Shown one piece after another: positions 59,860 to 64,000 of a stretch of DNA of 64,000 bases. The position numbers were made by a program, and so were the translations under genes. Position 1 is the stretch's first letter. Each line of letters opens with the position of its first letter. The notes under the pieces were generated by a model. It did no database searches and was not told the origin of the DNA. It saw only the letters and a program-made list of their open reading frames with translations. This stretch comes from Scenedesmus sp. PABB004 (Eukaryota). The stretch covers positions 3,844,001 to 3,908,000 of the forward strand of contig CM026547.1 in the NCBI GenBank assembly GCA_014905635.1, given 5' to 3'.

Positions 59860-61280
59860 TCACCCGTTCCCCCCCGCACTGCTGCCGCGCTGCTGCTCCG
59901 CGTGACGGAGCACCGCCTCAGCCCTTGCCGCCGCCGCCGCCGGCCGACTTTCGCCGCTTGCCCGCCAGCACGCGCGCCGCGAGCTGCTCCTTGGCGGCCG
60001 CCGCCGCCGCCGCTGCCCGCCCGCCGCCGCCGGCTGCCGCCGCCGCGGCGCCGGCCGCGAGCGGCGGCCGGCCGCGCGCGGGCCCGGGCCGGGCGCTGCC
60101 GCTGCAGCGCCCGGCGCCGCCGGCGGCGCGCCGAAGATGGACTCGGTCATGATCTTGCGCCGCTTGTCCTGCCAGTTGGCCGTGAACTTGGCGTCGCTGT
60201 GCTGCATGACCGCCTGCGCGACCGCCGCGTCGGAGCGCGACGCCGGCAGCAGCGGCACGTGCTGCGCCAGCCCGTGCGCCTTGCGCCTGCGGGGCGCGGC
60301 GCGCGGCGTGCGCGGTCGGCGGCGCGACCGAGGCGGCGCGAGGCGGCCCGCGCCGCGCCCCCCCCCCCCCCATTCCCTCGCGCCTCGCCCAGCCCCGCGT
60401 CGCCGCGCCGCGGGCGGCTCACTTGTCCGCCGCCGCGGCGGAGGCCTTCTTGGAGGCGCGCATCGCCGCGCGCAGCTGCTTGTTGAGCGCGTACGGGTCG
60501 GCGCCGCGCGCCTCGCTCTCCCGCGCGAGGCTCACGAGGCTCGCGCGCCCCGCAGCGGCCCGCGCCGCCGACACGGTGCGCGCCTCGAGGCTCGCGAGCG
60601 GGTCGGCCGCCGCCGCGGCGCGCTCGCCCGCGTCGGGCAGCTCCACCGTCTGCGCGTCGGCCGCGTCGTACGCCTCGACCTTGCGCCGCGCGCCCGCGGT
60701 GACCACGTACTCTGCGTTCTTGGGGTCGGTCGTGATCGTGATGCGGCAGCCGCAGTGGTGCCGCATCGTGAACGCGAGCACCTTGGTCGAGTGGTACATG
60801 CCGACCTGGCGCGCGGGAGGGTGCCGGCGCGGGCGGCGGTGGGGGCGCGCGCGCGCGGCGGCGGGCGCGGCGCTGCTCTGTGCGGCGCGGCGCGGGGGGC
60901 AGCGCCGCGCAGCCGCGGCGCGCACCGTCTTCTTCTCCGCGTTGAAGCGCACGCCCTTGGCGATGTGCTCGCCGCACTGCCCGCACCACATGTTGAACGG
61001 CACCTCGAAGCGTATGATGAGGATGCCCTCGGTCGCGAGCTTGCGCGCGCGGTCGCGCAGCGGGTGCTGGCCCTGGAACTGCGCGGCGGCGAGAGCGGCG
61101 GCGCCGGCGGCGAGCAGCGGCGGCGGGCGCTCGGCGGCGGCCCGGCGCGGCCGGCCCGCGCGGCGCATGCGCGCGCGTGCGCTGCCCGCGCCGGACCTTG
61201 TTGAGGGTTCCATGCTTGTCGGGGTCGAAGCCGGGCGGAAAGTAAAAGTTGTCCGCGCGCGCGGCGGCGAGCGAGCTCAT
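59860..61280 (-). CDS. YJU2B: Splicing factor CCDC130/YJU2B (Cwf16/Saf4 family)
   Basis: MSSLAAARADNFYFPP, IRFEVPFNMWCGQC..KGVRFNAEKK and TDPKNAEYVV. The exact stop is uncertain (59860 or 59918). Confidence 0.88.
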
Positions 61281-62001
61281 CGCTGCTGCTCCCCGCTAGC
61301 ACCTGCTGCTGCTGCCGCTGCTTCTTCCGCTGCTCCTGCCGCTGCTGCTGCTACCGCAGCACTGCTGTCACTGCTGCCGCACACAGGCAGGGGCCGGCTG
61401 GCGGCGCCCGGGCGCCGACAGCAGCCGCGTGCGCCGCCGCCGCCGCGCCGCCGAGCTGCCGCCACAGCCGGTGCCCGAGGAGCAGACCGGCTGCCGGTCG
61501 CGCTCAGGCGGCGCGCAGGGAGGGCTCGGCCGCTGCGCGGCGGGAGCGGCCCGAGAGGGCGCGCTGGCCCGCCTCCGCCTCTCCGCGAGCGCCCGCGGCC
61601 TGCCGCTGGCCTGAACGACGGGCGCTGCCGCACGACGACCGCGTGGGGCCGGGCGCGGCGGGCGCTTGCGACGCGGCGCACGCTCCGCAGCAGCAGCGGC
61701 GTCGCCGGCGCGGCGGTGCGGACACGAGAGGGAGCGCGGCGCGCGGCGGCGGGCGCCAGAGCTGTGACGTGCCGCACCACCGCTGTGCCAGTCCATGCCC
61801 GTGAACCGACCGCCGCCTCGCGCCGTGACTGGCCAGCTGCTGGCGCGCGAGCCGGCGCGGAGCCACTGCTCTTCCACTTCCATGCACCGCCGCCGCATGC
61901 GCCGCGGCTGGCGTCAGCTGCCGGCGCGCCGCCCTTGCGCAGGGCCCGCGTCTCAGTTCGTTTCTTGTGCTGCGACCCAGCGCCTGCCCAGCCCCACGCG
62001 C

Positions 62002-63553
62002 TCAGCTGCTGCCGTTCGCCGCGGCGGTCTGCGTCGCCTCGTAAACAGCAGCGAAATCGGCGTCGGCAAAGCCCTTGGCCTTGGCCGCCTTGAACGCCTC
62101 GTTCGCGGCCGCCGCCACGGGCAGCGCCTGGTGCAGCGAGTCGCTGCGGCGGCGGCGGCGCGGGCCGCCGGTCAGCGGCCGCCGCCGGCGCGCCGCGCGC
62201 GCGGCCCGTGCCCGGCGCGGCCGCGCGGCCGCGCGGCCCGCACCCGAGCGCGAGCGCGAGGCGCAGGTCCTTCTGCTGGTGCTTGAGCGGGAAGGCGGTC
62301 GGGTACTGCCGCGCCGAGATGCCGGGGCCCTTGAGCGCAAACATGGGGTTGGCCATCGCGCCGAGGCCGAGCACCTCGATCAGGTCCGCCTGCGCCAGCC
62401 CCGCCTTGTCCGCGAGCGCAAGGCCCTCGCAGAACGCGCCTGCGCATTGGACAGCGCGGCGGCGTGAGCGTGCCCACGCCCGCGCCAGTGCCCGCGCGCC
62501 CGCGCCGCCACCCCGGCTGGCGCGCTGCTGCCGGCTGGGTTCAGGGGTTTGAGGTGCACGCCGCCGCCGCCGGCGCCGCACCCATCATGCTGCCCATGAC
62601 CATGTTGACCACCAACTTCATGCGCGCGCCAGCGCCCACGGGGCCCAGGAAGAGGCTGCGCTTGCCCATCGCGCCAAACGCGTCCCCGCACTCGGCGAAC
62701 AGCGCGGCGTCGCCGGCGGCGAGGATGATGAGCTGACCCGCGACCGCGGGCTGCTTGCTGCCGGACACGGGCGCCTGGCGGGGCGCGGAAACGCGGGCGT
62801 GAGCGGGGGCCCTCACCCCGCCGCCTCGGCCGTGGCCCTGCCGCCGCGGGGCCCCCCGCCGGGGGCGGCGCACCTCGAGGAAGCGTCCGCCCTTGGCGGC
62901 CACCGCCTCGGCGATCTGCTGCGACGTCTCCTCGTCCACGGTGCTCATGTCGACGTAGCCCTTGCCCGGCGCGAGGCCCTCGACCACGCCGCCGGGGCCG
63001 AGCGCCGCCTGGCGGCGGCGCGCGCCGTGTCAGCCGCCGTGTCAGCCGCCAGGCTGTGCGCGCCCACCCGCCGCGCGAGCCGCCGGCGGGTAAGCGGTTA
63101 GCCCGCACCCCCGCCGGCGCCTCGCTCGCACCTGCAGCGCCGCCGCCGGGTCTGCCATGCACGCAAAGGTGATGTCGCACTGCGCCACCACCTCGGCGGG
63201 GCTGCCCGCCGCGACCGCGCCCTCGGCGACGAGCTCCGCGCACTGCCAGCGGCGGCGGCGCGCGCGGCCCGCCGTCGTGAGCGCGGCGACGCGCGGGCCA
63301 ATTGGCGGCGCGCCGCGCCGCCCATCTCCCAGACCGCTAGCGAGCTCGTGGGCAGCCGCGCAGCCGGCCTCAGCTGCCGCAGCCGCGCGGGGGGCGGCAG
63401 GCAGCGCCACGCCGCACGCACCTTGGCGGAAGACCTGTTCCAAACAACCACCTTGGCGAACCGCCCGCTCTTGAGCAGGTTGCGCGCCATCGCGGTCCCC
63501 ATGATGCCCAGGCCCAGGTAGCCCACCACCAGCGGCGCGCCGTCGGAGGTCAT
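62002..63553 (-). CDS. GLYR: Glyoxylate/succinic semialdehyde reductase (beta-hydroxyacid dehydrogenase family); possible in-frame extension to 63760
   Basis: GYLGLGIMG, VWNRS, YVDMSTVD, FLE|APVSGSKQPA, MKLVVNMVMG and FPLKHQQKDLRLAL. Confidence 0.92.
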
Positions 63554-63870
63554 GGCTGCCAGCGGCGAGGAGGGTCGGCTGCGGCGGCGCGTCGTGGAGA
63601 GGAAGACGGGCGCGGGGAGCACGCACGAGTGGCTGCGGGGGCGCGGCGTCGAGCTACAACGGCGGCGGTGCCGGGCGGCGCAAGGTTTGTGACAAGTCTT
63701 CAAGGCGCGCCCCGCGCTGGCCGGAGCACGCACGCGCACTGCCCACACTGCTCCGCGCATCGATCAGCGACCGCAGCAGCAGTCGCGCAGCAGCAGCAGC
63801 AGTCGGCGTCTCGCGGAGCGGCCGCAGCGCGCGCCCGATGGGCGGCTGCTCTCCGGCGCATACCTAGGGC

Positions 63871-64000
63871 ATGCAGCTCTCCAATGGCCGCGGCCGCCTG
63901 GGCCGCCCCGGCGTGGCCGCGCGCCGGGCTGCTGCGCCCGCCAGCAGGCCGCTGCCGGCGCCAGGGGGGCGCCCCGTCGCGCGGGGCGTCGCCCCTCGCG
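63871..64000 (+). CDS. Probable start of the next gene (transit-peptide-like), truncated by the window
   Basis: ATG in divergent position followed by an open Arg/Ala/Pro-rich frame, MQLSNGRGRLGRPGVAARRAAAPASR. Confidence 0.35.
   Translation, partial: MQLSNGRGRLGRPGVAARRAAAPASRPLPAPGGRPVARGVAPR

Overview
This is nuclear DNA from a very GC-rich green alga (chlorophyte, probably Chlorophyceae). The evidence is short GC-rich spliceosomal introns, TGTAA poly(A) signals and plastid transit peptides. Most long six-frame ORFs are GC artefacts, so I rebuilt the real genes exon by exon. There are 23 protein genes plus the start of a 24th: NELF-B, a bacterial-type hypothetical protein, IspH/HDR, VFL1/LRRCC1, two PHD-GNAT paralogs, CUEDC2-like, kinesin-8, a PsbP-domain protein, a coiled-coil membrane protein, a ZNHIT3-C-domain protein, RPL12, TrpA, a GTPase-less DRP2-like dynamin, an RRM protein, Twinkle, an EF-hand protein, LETM1-like, DPM1, WDR5, an NPF/POT transporter, CCDC130/YJU2B and GLYR. 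There are also two tRNA-Cys(GCA) genes. Main observations: (1) 25 introns, roughly a fifth by my hand count, use non-canonical GC donors (mostly AG|GCGCG). (2) Near-identical inverted arms of about 0.75-0.8 kb, each carrying tRNA-Cys, flank a divergent PHD-GNAT pair. (3) Each arm holds a ~160-nt segment laid out like U1 snRNA whose 5' arm (ACGCGCCUG) is complementary to the GC donors; this is a speculative but testable variant-U1 hypothesis. (4) One NPF intron holds a pre-miRNA-like hairpin. CDS coordinates are whole gene spans including introns, inferred by eye without database searches.
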